41,636 bases of DNA from a virus (lineage: Duplodnaviria; Caudoviricetes): positions 1 through 41,636 of IMG/VR virus record IMGVR_UViG_3300017780_003067, one strand, 5' to 3'. Position 1 is the first letter of the stretch; every line of letters starts with the position of its first letter. Positions 7,528 through 15,008 of this stretch are shown one piece after another. The notes under the pieces were generated by a model. It made no database searches. It was not told the DNA's origin and saw nothing but the letters and a program-made list of their open reading frames with translations. A program made the position numbers and the translations under genes.

Positions 7528-7686
7528 CTATTTTAAAACAGACCACTCCGATAGCTTACTATTCACCATGTCTTTCAGTTCATCGACTTTTGACACTGGC
7601 ACACGAAAAGCAATAGTAGTGGTAGGTTCGTTGTATTTAGGTTTAGCACCCGAACCTTTTCGGGTGCCACCTGATTTTTTAAGCAT
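7528..7686 (-). CDS. Cassette 10 small basic DNA-binding protein (52 aa, not in ORF track)
   Basis: Own translation MLKKSGGTRKGSGAKPKYNEPTTTIAFRVPVSKVDELKDMVNSKLSEWSVLK; same GGxRxG family; overlaps the stop of 7679..7933. Confidence 0.78.
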   Translation of the reverse strand: MLKKSGGTRKGSGAKPKYNEPTTTIAFRVPVSKVDELKDMVNSKLSEWSVLK

Positions 7687-7933
7687 TGTATGATTTTTTA
7701 TATTTCATCAACAATTTCATTGCGTAAAGATTTGCAGCAGTTTCGTCAGAAAATGATTTGTATTTTGGAGATTCGCCATCAGTTACAAAAACAACATCAA
7801 AGTTGTTATCTGATTCTTTTTGTACAAATGCTGAATAAGAATCAATAGGAGAAAATGTTTTAGTAGAAAGTACGTTGAAAGTATATTCTGTTTGATCAGG
7901 AGTGTTGATGATTTGTACTGTTGAAGTTGTCAT
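7679..7933 (-). CDS. Cassette 10 variable hypothetical protein
   Basis: 84-aa ORF downstream of the promoter at 7957-7987. Confidence 0.78.
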   Translation of the reverse strand: MTTSTVQIINTPDQTEYTFNVLSTKTFSPIDSYSAFVQKESDNNFDVVFVTDGESPKYKSFSDETAANLYAMKLLMKYKKSYNA

Positions 7934-7956
7934 ATCGCTGTTCGTTTTATCTGATG

Positions 7957-7987
7957 TAAAGGTAACACTTTATTTTGATTCTGCAAA
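7957..7987 (-). promoter_or_regulatory. Cassette 10 internal Bacteroidota-type promoter
   Basis: TTTG-N19-TACCTTTA; shares CGTTTTATCTGATGTAAAGGTA with cassette 5. Confidence 0.7.
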
Positions 7988-8037
7988 CTATTTCAAAAAG
8001 AAAGTGAAAATAATTTTCGAGCGACAATAAAAACAGC

Positions 8038-8091
8038 ATATAACACTGTATAGAACGCAACTAAAGTGTGCGTCTATTCTTAGCGTTAGTT
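8038..8091 (+). repeat. attC-like site 10 (54 bp)
   Basis: ATATAAC-ACT-GTATAGAACGCA...TGCGTCTATTC-TTAGC-GTTAGTT. Confidence 0.82.
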
Positions 8092-8457
8092 TCAATCTTG
8101 TAAGACGAGTTCTTCGCCAAAAAGAGCAAAATATAAGTTCTGTAACTGGTGTACAAATTCAATCAATCTTAAACATGTACCTAGAAACCAAAATTCATTT
8201 CCAATAAAATATATGTCATTATTTTTGTCAAAATACCACATCTCGAAATCTTCCGAAATAAATCCAAATCGACCCTTAAAGTAATTATTTAATACAATCG
8301 GCTCTATGTCTTCAAATGAAGTCTCATGGTATGACTCCCCATTAAATGTAGTAAAATTTATTCCTGTTTTTGTAACTGACTCGACCAGTGTTAGTGTCTT
8401 ATCTAATAATACTAAATTGTTTAATGTATACATATTTTCAAATTTTACGGTTGACAA
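8092..8457 (-). CDS. Cassette 11 hypothetical phage protein
   Basis: C-terminal IEFVHQLQNLYFALFGEEL motif recalled from Bacteroidota phage proteins; the start may be the ATG at 8433. Confidence 0.78.
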   Translation of the reverse strand: MSTVKFENMYTLNNLVLLDKTLTLVESVTKTGINFTTFNGESYHETSFEDIEPIVLNNYFKGRFGFISEDFEMWYFDKNNDIYFIGNEFWFLGTCLRLIEFVHQLQNLYFALFGEELVLQD

Positions 8458-8470
8458 AAAAAAGACTAGA

Positions 8471-8559
8471 AACTAACATTGTGTTCAAAAAACGGCAGAT
8501 ACGGTACTACTTTCGATACTGCATTCAGAAGCCGTTTCATGAACACTTCTTCGTTATGC
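8471..8559 (+). repeat. attC-like site 11 (89 bp)
   Basis: AACTAAC-ATT-GTGTTCAAAAAACGGC...GCCGTTTCATGAACAC-TTCTTC-GTTATGC. Confidence 0.82.
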
Positions 8560-8847
8560 ACAATGCTTAGAGGCGTACGCATTAGCAAGTTCACCCAATT
8601 TTTCTTCCTTATAATGAGATCCAACTGGGTTGCCATTTAATGCTCCTTGAAGCTGGTCAACTACTCGTTGTTCATAACCTTTTTTATAGGCATCAATTAT
8701 CTGTTGTTTCTCTTTTTCTAAAAAACTTTCAGCTTTTGACTTTATTATAATTGCTTGATTTTTAGCTCCAATTGCTTCATCTGGCAATACTTTTACGATA
8801 GTATCAATATTCTCAACTAATTCTTGTAATACTGTTTTTTGTGACAT
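8554..8847 (-). CDS. Cassette 12 hypothetical phage protein
   Basis: Likely start MSQKTVLQ; EKEKQQIIDAY motif; stop in the core site at 8553. Confidence 0.78.
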   Translation of the reverse strand: MSQKTVLQELVENIDTIVKVLPDEAIGAKNQAIIIKSKAESFLEKEKQQIIDAYKKGYEQRVVDQLQGALNGNPVGSHYKEEKLGELANAYASKHCA

Positions 8848-8893
8848 ATTCTTATTATTTAAATTGGTTACTAGTGGACAAAAAAGCACGTGT

Positions 8894-9017
8894 GCATAAC
8901 ACATTATTAGCGTTATTGCCTTTCATACGGTTTGATTCTGTACTCATAATTCAGTCTATTTTGTGGTTAAAATTCATTTTTGATAGGCAATAAACGCCAA
9001 TACGTGTCTCGTTATTC
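8894..9017 (+). repeat. attC-like site 12 (124 bp), right end of array
   Basis: GCATAAC-ACATTATTAGCGTTATTGCCT...AGGCAATAAACGCCAATACGTGT-CTC-GTTATTC; the TTA is the stop codon of 9012..9329. Confidence 0.8.
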
Positions 9018-9329
9018 AATTTCAAAATATGAAGTACCAAAAGCATCTTCAAAAGTGCCTTTTTCTTTGTGCAGTTCAATCCAATCGTTTATCATTTTAA
9101 TTTCTGATTCTGAATGGTTGCTAAATTCAATCTCAAAGCTATCGTAATCAATATCAAAACCTGAATCTTGAGGTTCCCATCTTGTTTCTGGCGAACACCA
9201 TTCGTTTACTCGAACGTCAATATCAACCTGAAACGAATTTTCTTCATCATCTGTATCAATGTCCTTAGAGACGGTGTACGTGTAGAAGTTCTCATAATTG
9301 TGTTTCCTGCAATCTATTAAAGTAGCCAT
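9012..9329 (-). CDS. Acidic hypothetical protein
   Basis: 105 aa, very D/E-rich; second gene of the leftward operon leading into the array. Confidence 0.75.
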   Translation of the reverse strand: MATLIDCRKHNYENFYTYTVSKDIDTDDEENSFQVDIDVRVNEWCSPETRWEPQDSGFDIDYDSFEIEFSNHSESEIKMINDWIELHKEKGTFEDAFGTSYFEIE

Positions 9330-9331
9330 TA

Positions 9332-9529
9332 TTATAGATATAAATTGTGTAAAATTCTTTGTTTTGATACACTATCTATTTTTTGGAGTATCTCTAATTT
9401 AGAGAAATGATTCTTAACCGAGACAAGATTTATTTCTTCCATTGTGTCAATTGTGGTGCAAACATCAACCATCATATATTGTGGTGAAAGTTCGCCTGTT
9501 ATTTGTATTGGTGTTATTATCGTTGTCAT
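9332..9529 (-). CDS. Hypothetical protein
   Basis: 65-aa first gene after the leftward promoter. Confidence 0.7.
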   Translation of the reverse strand: MTTIITPIQITGELSPQYMMVDVCTTIDTMEEINLVSVKNHFSKLEILQKIDSVSKQRILHNLYL

Positions 9530-9551
9530 TTGCGTTCCTGATTAACTGATG

Positions 9552-9624
9552 CAAATGTATAACAAAGATTTTAATAAAAAAACTTTTTTTTGGGTTGTTT
9601 TTAAGTTTTTTTAGTTTACCTTTG
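9552..9624. promoter_or_regulatory. Divergent early promoters
   Basis: Leftward TACATTTG (9552-9559); rightward TTG(9595)-N19-TACCTTTG (9617-9624). Confidence 0.7.
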
Positions 9625-9644
9625 TCAAACAATAAACGCAAAAC

Positions 9645-9800
9645 ATGTCACAGCGAAAAGTAAATATTGGAGTGGATTTCATAGGGTCACTTAACGAACT
9701 AAAGACTCTATATAAGGAAGAAAAAGGCGTAAAAGTAACACAGCAAGAAACTGTTGAGTTAGCAATTACGGAAACTCTTAAACGCAAAAAAAAGAAATAA
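9645..9800 (+). CDS. Small RHH-like regulator (51 aa, not in ORF track)
   Basis: Own translation MSQRKVNIGVDFIGSLNELKTLYKEEKGVKVTQQETVELAITETLKRKKKK; Cro-like position. Confidence 0.65.
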   Translation: MSQRKVNIGVDFIGSLNELKTLYKEEKGVKVTQQETVELAITETLKRKKKK

Positions 9801-9802
9801 CC

Positions 9803-10000
9803 ATGACAACTCAACAATTTTCAAACCTAAGTACAACGCAGCAAATGTGCTTAGTATCGGCAAAGGTTTCAGGTAGTACTCCTTTTTTTATTGAAAGGCT
9901 AAAGACTACAATAGAAAAGAACAACCTATTGTGTATGATAGGGATGCCGATTGAACTATCAACGGCATTAGTGAAATTAAAAAAGTGGCAATCAAATTAG
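9803..10000 (+). CDS. Hypothetical protein
   Basis: 65-aa ORF in operon order. Confidence 0.6.
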   Translation: MTTQQFSNLSTTQQMCLVSAKVSGSTPFFIERLKTTIEKNNLLCMIGMPIELSTALVKLKKWQSN

Positions 10001-10040
10001 TATCAACCATAAACAGTAACCAATTTAAACAATCAATTAT

Positions 10041-10652
10041 ATGGCTAGTATAGTAGCAACAAACACAGGCGGTGGCGATTTTGCACCAATGGAAGCAGGA
10101 ATGTACGTTGCACGTTGTGTGCAAATGATTCAAATCGGTACAGTTACCGAAAACATTCAAGGCAAAGAAAAGACTTTACATAAAGTAAGGTTTGGTTTTG
10201 AGTTCCCAACAGAAACGAAAGTTTTTAAAGAAGAAAAAGGAGAACAACCTTATTTCTTGTCGAAGGAATACACACTTTCAATGCACGAGAAATCAACACT
10301 AAGATTACACTTAGAAACATGGAGAGGTAAAAAGTTTACAGAAGATGAAAGCAAGTCTTTTGATGTTACAAGACTACTAAAAGTACCTTGCATGATAAAC
10401 GTAGTTCACAAGGTAAGCGAAAAATCAGGCAAGACATTTGCCGAAATTGGGAGTATTTCACCTTTGATGAAAGGCATGGTTTGCCCTGAACAAATAAACG
10501 AAACTTCTTTGCTTTGCTACGATGATTTCAACGAACAACTTTTTGAGTCTTTGCCTGATTTTTTAAAGGATAAAATCAAAAGTTCGGTTGAATACTTTGC
10601 GATGAAAAATGTTTCGCAAGAACCACATCCAGCTGACGACTTAGCGTTTTAA
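10041..10652 (+). CDS. Putative single-stranded DNA-binding protein
   Basis: G-x-Y-x-ARC, SKEYTLSMHEKSTLR...WRG, acidic C-terminal tip DDLAF. Confidence 0.65.
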   Translation: MASIVATNTGGGDFAPMEAGMYVARCVQMIQIGTVTENIQGKEKTLHKVRFGFEFPTETKVFKEEKGEQPYFLSKEYTLSMHEKSTLRLHLETWRGKKFTEDESKSFDVTRLLKVPCMINVVHKVSEKSGKTFAEIGSISPLMKGMVCPEQINETSLLCYDDFNEQLFESLPDFLKDKIKSSVEYFAMKNVSQEPHPADDLAF

Positions 10653-11083
10653 TGAATAACACATCAATTGATTTGGTAGGCTTAGAGCTTACCAAATCAA
10701 ATATCGAAAAGATAGCAAGCGATTTAACAAAGCAAGTTGACGAAGGCTTTCAGGATGCGATTGAACTTGATTGCAAGTTGAAATTTGTCGAGTCAACTGT
10801 AAAAATTGCAAGAGAAAAACTAAATAGTAAAGCCATATTTCAGGCACACAATAGGCATGAAATAAATTCCGTAAAAACTATAGTAAAAACTGGGCATGCT
10901 TTGTTAAACTATGAAGAAGATGATGCTTATAAGAAGCTAAAAGAACGACTGGAGGAACGAAAAGAACACCTAAACTTAGCTTTTAAATCAAAAGACGAAA
11001 TTGTTATAAGTGGGGAAGTCATTCCAAAAGTAAGCATAAAGTCGTACGTAAAATATTCAATTACCTATACTTTTCCTAAATGA
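10652..11083 (+). CDS. Hypothetical phage protein
   Basis: 143 aa, TAATG-coupled to the upstream gene. Confidence 0.75.
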   Translation: MNNTSIDLVGLELTKSNIEKIASDLTKQVDEGFQDAIELDCKLKFVESTVKIAREKLNSKAIFQAHNRHEINSVKTIVKTGHALLNYEEDDAYKKLKERLEERKEHLNLAFKSKDEIVISGEVIPKVSIKSYVKYSITYTFPK

Positions 11084-11457
11084 AAACACAGGCAGAAATA
11101 ACAGCTTCATTGAACGCAATTAGAACATGCCTAGATATTGATGTAGTAGGTGCAATAATTGAGGACGTGCAAAATAAATGCCTTTCATTAACTCAATTGA
11201 TGGGATTAAGTGCAGAAACTACTGCAAGTGCAAAAAAGCTACTTGGAGAAAAGGAAGTTGAAATATTTATTACAAAAGACTTAGACAAGTTAGCACCACA
11301 AAAGGCAATGAAACTATTAAAGTCTTATTGTAGTCACGAAATCGCTACTTTGGAATATGCTGAAAGGCTTAACTCTGGACTCGTACATTCGATAGATGCG
11401 CTAAGAAGTACAATGTCACTTTACAAATCAGAAATGCAAAACGGATTAAGACAATAA
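11080..11457 (+). CDS. Hypothetical helical phage protein
   Basis: 125 aa, overlaps the upstream gene. Confidence 0.75.
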   Translation: MKTQAEITASLNAIRTCLDIDVVGAIIEDVQNKCLSLTQLMGLSAETTASAKKLLGEKEVEIFITKDLDKLAPQKAMKLLKSYCSHEIATLEYAERLNSGLVHSIDALRSTMSLYKSEMQNGLRQ

Positions 11458-11469
11458 AAATTTAAAACA

Positions 11470-11664
11470 ATGACAACAAGACAAATACCACAGCGAGAAT
11501 ACGCTCAAACTATTAGAAGCGGAGAGTACAATAGAAAATCAAATAATTGCCCTATAACGGGTATTAGAGAAGATTTTGATATGGATTTATTTTGTGGTCG
11601 CAAATCAAAAGTAGAAGTTCACCCAAGAAAACCTAAAACCTTACAAGATGAAAAAGCATTATAA
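11470..11664 (+). CDS. Hypothetical protein
   Basis: 64-aa ORF in operon order. Confidence 0.6.
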   Translation: MTTRQIPQREYAQTIRSGEYNRKSNNCPITGIREDFDMDLFCGRKSKVEVHPRKPKTLQDEKAL

Positions 11665-11890
11665 CATGACAGGCGAAAGCGACTTTGAAGGTAACGAAGC
11701 TTTTTTTGAAGAAAACAGACCAGTTGCATTAAGCATAGCGGATCTAGTTTTAACGCTTATTTTTTTAGTTTGCTTTTTTGGTTCTATTTATTTGTACTTT
11801 CAGAATAGAACTTTGAAATGCGAACTGGAGCAAAAGCATTTACTACTAATGGATTTGGGCAAACTTTTAGAAAAGAAAAATGGCAAATAA
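11648..11890 (+). CDS. Single-pass membrane protein
   Basis: One hydrophobic segment (LVLTLIFLVCFFGSIYLYF). Confidence 0.6.
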   Translation: MKKHYNMTGESDFEGNEAFFEENRPVALSIADLVLTLIFLVCFFGSIYLYFQNRTLKCELEQKHLLLMDLGKLLEKKNGK

Positions 11891-11973
11891 ACCACCAACA
11901 AAATATCAGAGCCGAAAATGGTATTCAGCTCAGAAACTAAAAAAGTTGTTAATCAGGTTTAAAGAAAAAGCGT

Positions 11974-12279
11974 ATGAATGGGACTTCAAAAATTAAATGG
12001 GACTTTTGCGAAAAAACTCCACAAATAAGCAGCCCTTGGGTATTTACTGTAGCAAAATATGATTTTTCTCTTCCTGTCTGGATAACCGAAAAGAAAAATT
12101 GCAGGATTGAAATAACCACCGACAAAGAAGAATCATGTTACAAGAGCGTAATATGGTGGTTTAACCGAGGGGTTGAAATTGTGACAGGTGCAGAAGAAAT
12201 ACAAAGCATTTCTAAATGTGTCGAGCTTACAGATATTAGAGTAAATGAACTTTTTAACTCATTAAAAAATGGTGAATAA
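11974..12279 (+). CDS. Hypothetical protein
   Basis: 101-aa ORF in operon order. Confidence 0.65.
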   Translation: MNGTSKIKWDFCEKTPQISSPWVFTVAKYDFSLPVWITEKKNCRIEITTDKEESCYKSVIWWFNRGVEIVTGAEEIQSISKCVELTDIRVNELFNSLKNGE

Positions 12280-12682
12280 AGTTAAGATTCAGAAAGAACG
12301 GCTTAAAACAGCAATAGAAAGCGGTGGTAGTTCAGTTCAAAAGCTAATCAAAAAGAACCCTAAAAACAAGTACAACGCTATTCAAAAAGAATATAATGGA
12401 GTAATGTACCATTCAACAAAGGAAGCTAATTACGCTCAAAGATTAGATTTAGGAATTAAAGCTAAAGTAATTGAAAAATGGGAACGGCAATTAACTTTCA
12501 AGTTAAATGTAAATGGTATTTTAATTTGCAAGTACATCCTTGATTTCAAAGTGTTTTATTCAGATTCAACCATACGACACATTGATGTAAAAGGCGCAAA
12601 GAAAGGACAAGCGTATAATATGTTTGTCATAAAACAAAAGTTAATGAAAGCAATACACAATATAGACGTAGAAATAGTATAA
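12269..12682 (+). CDS. DUF1064-like PD-(D/E)XK nuclease
   Basis: NKYNA...G-x-x-Y-H-S-x-KEA...Y-x-x-DF...IDVKG. Confidence 0.8.
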   Translation: MVNKVKIQKERLKTAIESGGSSVQKLIKKNPKNKYNAIQKEYNGVMYHSTKEANYAQRLDLGIKAKVIEKWERQLTFKLNVNGILICKYILDFKVFYSDSTIRHIDVKGAKKGQAYNMFVIKQKLMKAIHNIDVEIV

Positions 12683-12683
12683 A

Positions 12684-13148
12684 ATGAGCGCACAAATAGA
12701 AACTAAAGAGCAAGCTGTCCCTGTAAAAAGGGATGCTTTTGATTGTCTTGCAATATTAAGAGCAATACTTTTATTGACAGAAGACATTTTAAACGAACTG
12801 AAAGTAAACTCCGATTTTCGTGATCCTGAATTTGCAAAGGCAAACATGGAACTTAGAAAAGTAGTTGACAAAAGATTAAAAGCTTCTATAAAAAAAGAAA
12901 GTCCTGAAACACAAGTCACTTATTGGGAATTGGCTCAAAACATGGTTAAGTCTTTGAATCAATCTGCACAGCTTGTTTTTATGGATTCTGTTGCAAAAGA
13001 ACAAAGCAAAGAAGGGCTGTGGTTTGCAACTGAATACAATGGTGTGAAAGGTTACGCACAATGGCACGATGGATGTTACTGGCTACCACGCAATCCAATT
13101 GGATTAAAAGAGCCACAAATAAAAGTTTTAGGTGAAATGGTTCAATAA
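12684..13148 (+). CDS. Hypothetical protein
   Basis: 154-aa ORF in operon order. Confidence 0.7.
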   Translation: MSAQIETKEQAVPVKRDAFDCLAILRAILLLTEDILNELKVNSDFRDPEFAKANMELRKVVDKRLKASIKKESPETQVTYWELAQNMVKSLNQSAQLVFMDSVAKEQSKEGLWFATEYNGVKGYAQWHDGCYWLPRNPIGLKEPQIKVLGEMVQ

Positions 13149-13378
13149 TGGCAAAGCAAGAAACAAGAAAGTTGTCAGAAAATGACAAGTCACTCATCGG
13201 CAAATACAAAACCGTATTTACCTCCGAAATTGTAGTAATTGCAAGTAAAGACAAACTTGGAAATGAGTATCTTGAATGGGCAAATGTAGTCGGATTTGCA
13301 AAGACACCACTTTTTGAGAAGGTAGAAGCAAAAGAAATTGAACGTAAAATAAAAGCAAAATTATTAACCAAAATATGA
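13148..13378 (+). CDS. Hypothetical protein
   Basis: 76 aa, TAATG coupling. Confidence 0.65.
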   Translation: MAKQETRKLSENDKSLIGKYKTVFTSEIVVIASKDKLGNEYLEWANVVGFAKTPLFEKVEAKEIERKIKAKLLTKI

Positions 13379-13548
13379 AGATAGTAGCTGGAGAAAGAAA
13401 TGATGGTCGCAAGCCGTTTGATTTTGATGTGACAGATCGGAAGACAGGCGAAAAGTTTAAGTTTAGCAAAACTGGAATAAGTAGGCTAGAAGCGTGGACT
13501 GAACTTGAAAAGCAAAAAGGCAATAATTGGGATATAAAATGGGCTTAG
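13375..13548 (+). CDS. Hypothetical protein (57 aa, not in ORF track)
   Basis: ATGA overlap; MKIVAGERNDGRKPFDFDVTDRK...WDIKWA. Confidence 0.55.
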   Translation: MKIVAGERNDGRKPFDFDVTDRKTGEKFKFSKTGISRLEAWTELEKQKGNNWDIKWA

Positions 13549-14090
13549 CAAAGCGATACGGTTACTGTATTTGCCACAATACAATGTCAAGTTTGAACGC
13601 TAAAGGCTTATGTCCGATTGGAGCAAAGGAAAGACACGAAAAGAGCGCAAAATCAAAAGGAATAATTACTAAAAATGCGAGAAATGTCGAGAATCTCGCA
13701 ATAAGCAAAGGATTTACGATTAAAAAGAAAGAAGATGGAATATGTAACAGAGCAAGAGAAGATAGAGTGGAAGGATGCGATGGACAACTTAGATCGAAAG
13801 ATAAGAGTTTTAAGAAGACGAAAACCAAAATCAACTACCGTTCTGAAAAAGGCAAAGAACTGGCGAAACAGGAACTACTATTATTTCAAAAGTTATTTCA
13901 AGAACGACCGCCATCGTGCGAATATTGCGGAACTGAAATAACTGTATTCAATCCTACTAATTATCATCATGTTAGAACTAAAGGCTCACATCCTGAACTT
14001 AGATTAGTAGAAAGTAACATAGTTAAGATTTGTATAGAATGTCATTTAAAAGAACATGGTTTTAAACCTAGAAAAAATGGAAACGATTAA
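13539..14090 (+). CDS. HNH endonuclease
   Basis: CEYC...HHV...N...CIECHLKEH. Confidence 0.8.
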   Translation: MGLAKRYGYCICHNTMSSLNAKGLCPIGAKERHEKSAKSKGIITKNARNVENLAISKGFTIKKKEDGICNRAREDRVEGCDGQLRSKDKSFKKTKTKINYRSEKGKELAKQELLLFQKLFQERPPSCEYCGTEITVFNPTNYHHVRTKGSHPELRLVESNIVKICIECHLKEHGFKPRKNGND

Positions 14091-14208
14091 ATTCAGAAAC
14101 GGCTACTTACAGCCTGAAACAGACCCCTCGCATGGGGACAAAGTTCTAGTACTTACACTAGCAATTACAGCAGTATTATTCACCATCATTCAAACTTGTA
14201 TTTTATGA
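14077..14208 (+). CDS. Small membrane protein (43 aa, not in ORF track)
   Basis: METIKFRNGYLQPETDPSHGDKVLVLTLAITAVLFTIIQTCIL; fills the gap and has an ATGA overlap downstream. Confidence 0.5.
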   Translation: METIKFRNGYLQPETDPSHGDKVLVLTLAITAVLFTIIQTCIL

Positions 14209-14498
14209 GCAATGAAAAACTAATGATTAGTCATGGTGGTTTACTTTTTGATCTTGATGCAAAAGATCCGATGAACTTAGAAAAGGCAATTGAAGTCATG
14301 CGAGTACATCAGAACTGGCGACTTGGAGAAGACTCTGAACTACTCAAAGAATCGGTACTTGTAGAAGCGATAGGCGTTGTTTTATCTGAGCTTGAAAGGT
14401 TGACTAAAAAGCTAGGTGAAAGTCTCCCAAATGGCGGATTTTGTGCAAAAGATTGCAAGAATAGTATGAAGCCAACTAAAGAAAACGACAAGGCATGA
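14205..14498 (+). CDS. Hypothetical phage protein
   Basis: AIEVMRVHQNWRLG motif; ATGA overlaps at both ends. Confidence 0.7.
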   Translation: MSNEKLMISHGGLLFDLDAKDPMNLEKAIEVMRVHQNWRLGEDSELLKESVLVEAIGVVLSELERLTKKLGESLPNGGFCAKDCKNSMKPTKENDKA

Positions 14499-14794
14499 AC
14501 TGTATTAGCGACAACCAAAAAGGACTAGATTTTTACATTGACAGGTACATGCAAATGTTCTGTGATAAACATGAAATCGAATATGACGATAGCTACTGGA
14601 TAGGTGGCAAAGGCGAAGTAATTGAGATCGGAGACATGTTTATCAACTTTAGCGATGTACGTTTAGACTTGGAGCAAAACGTAACTAAAGGCATATTTAC
14701 CAATTGGTACTGGACTGTTTTGGAAAGTAAACTACCTCATATTAATTATGCAAGTTGGGTAAAAGGTTTACGACATAAAGATTTAAAATCATGA
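14495..14794 (+). CDS. Hypothetical phage protein
   Basis: 99 aa; FCDKHE...YWIGG...INYASW. Confidence 0.75.
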   Translation: MNCISDNQKGLDFYIDRYMQMFCDKHEIEYDDSYWIGGKGEVIEIGDMFINFSDVRLDLEQNVTKGIFTNWYWTVLESKLPHINYASWVKGLRHKDLKS

Positions 14795-15003
14795 CAACTG
14801 AATCACAAAATAAGCGCATCCTAGAGCATTTGAGTTTAGGGCGTACATTAACATCATTGGAAGCTTTATCGTTGTTTGGTAGTCTGCGTTTGGCTGCAAG
14901 GATAAGCGACATTAGAGCGAACGGGAACAACGTAATTTCTGAAATGGTTCAGGTTGGCAACAACAAGAAAAAAGTAGCTAGGTATAGTTTATATATCGGT
15001 TAA
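14791..15003 (+). CDS. Winged helix-turn-helix protein
   Basis: SQNKRILEHL..G..LTSLEAL..FGSLRLAARISDIR. Confidence 0.8.
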   Translation: MTTESQNKRILEHLSLGRTLTSLEALSLFGSLRLAARISDIRANGNNVISEMVQVGNNKKKVARYSLYIG

Positions 15004-15008
15004 TTTTG

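Larger units (their letters stand above)
1341..9017 (+). mobile_element. Array of 12 integron-like gene cassettes, no integrase in window
   Basis: Twelve TAAC-[imperfect palindrome]-GTTA sites; the first 10-15 nt of every cassette are complementary (0-2 mismatches or gaps) to its own distal TAAC end. Confidence 0.88.

Noticed and set aside
2117-8570. Plus-strand ORFs in the array (2117, 2915, 4624, 6496, 6863, 7487, 8388)
   Set aside because: Antisense shadows of better-supported minus-strand genes; the similarity between some of them just mirrors the paralogy of those genes.
1912-9017. Hairpins read as simple intrinsic terminators or REP elements
   Set aside because: No U-tracts, invariant TAAC/GTTA boundaries, long-range end covariation, and two are translated through. 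An additional RNA-level role is not excluded.
1341-9017. Shufflon/invertible region or diversity-generating retroelement
   Set aside because: All sites are in direct orientation, all genes are on one strand, and no invertase or reverse transcriptase is present. Differences between the duplicated genes are not adenine-specific.
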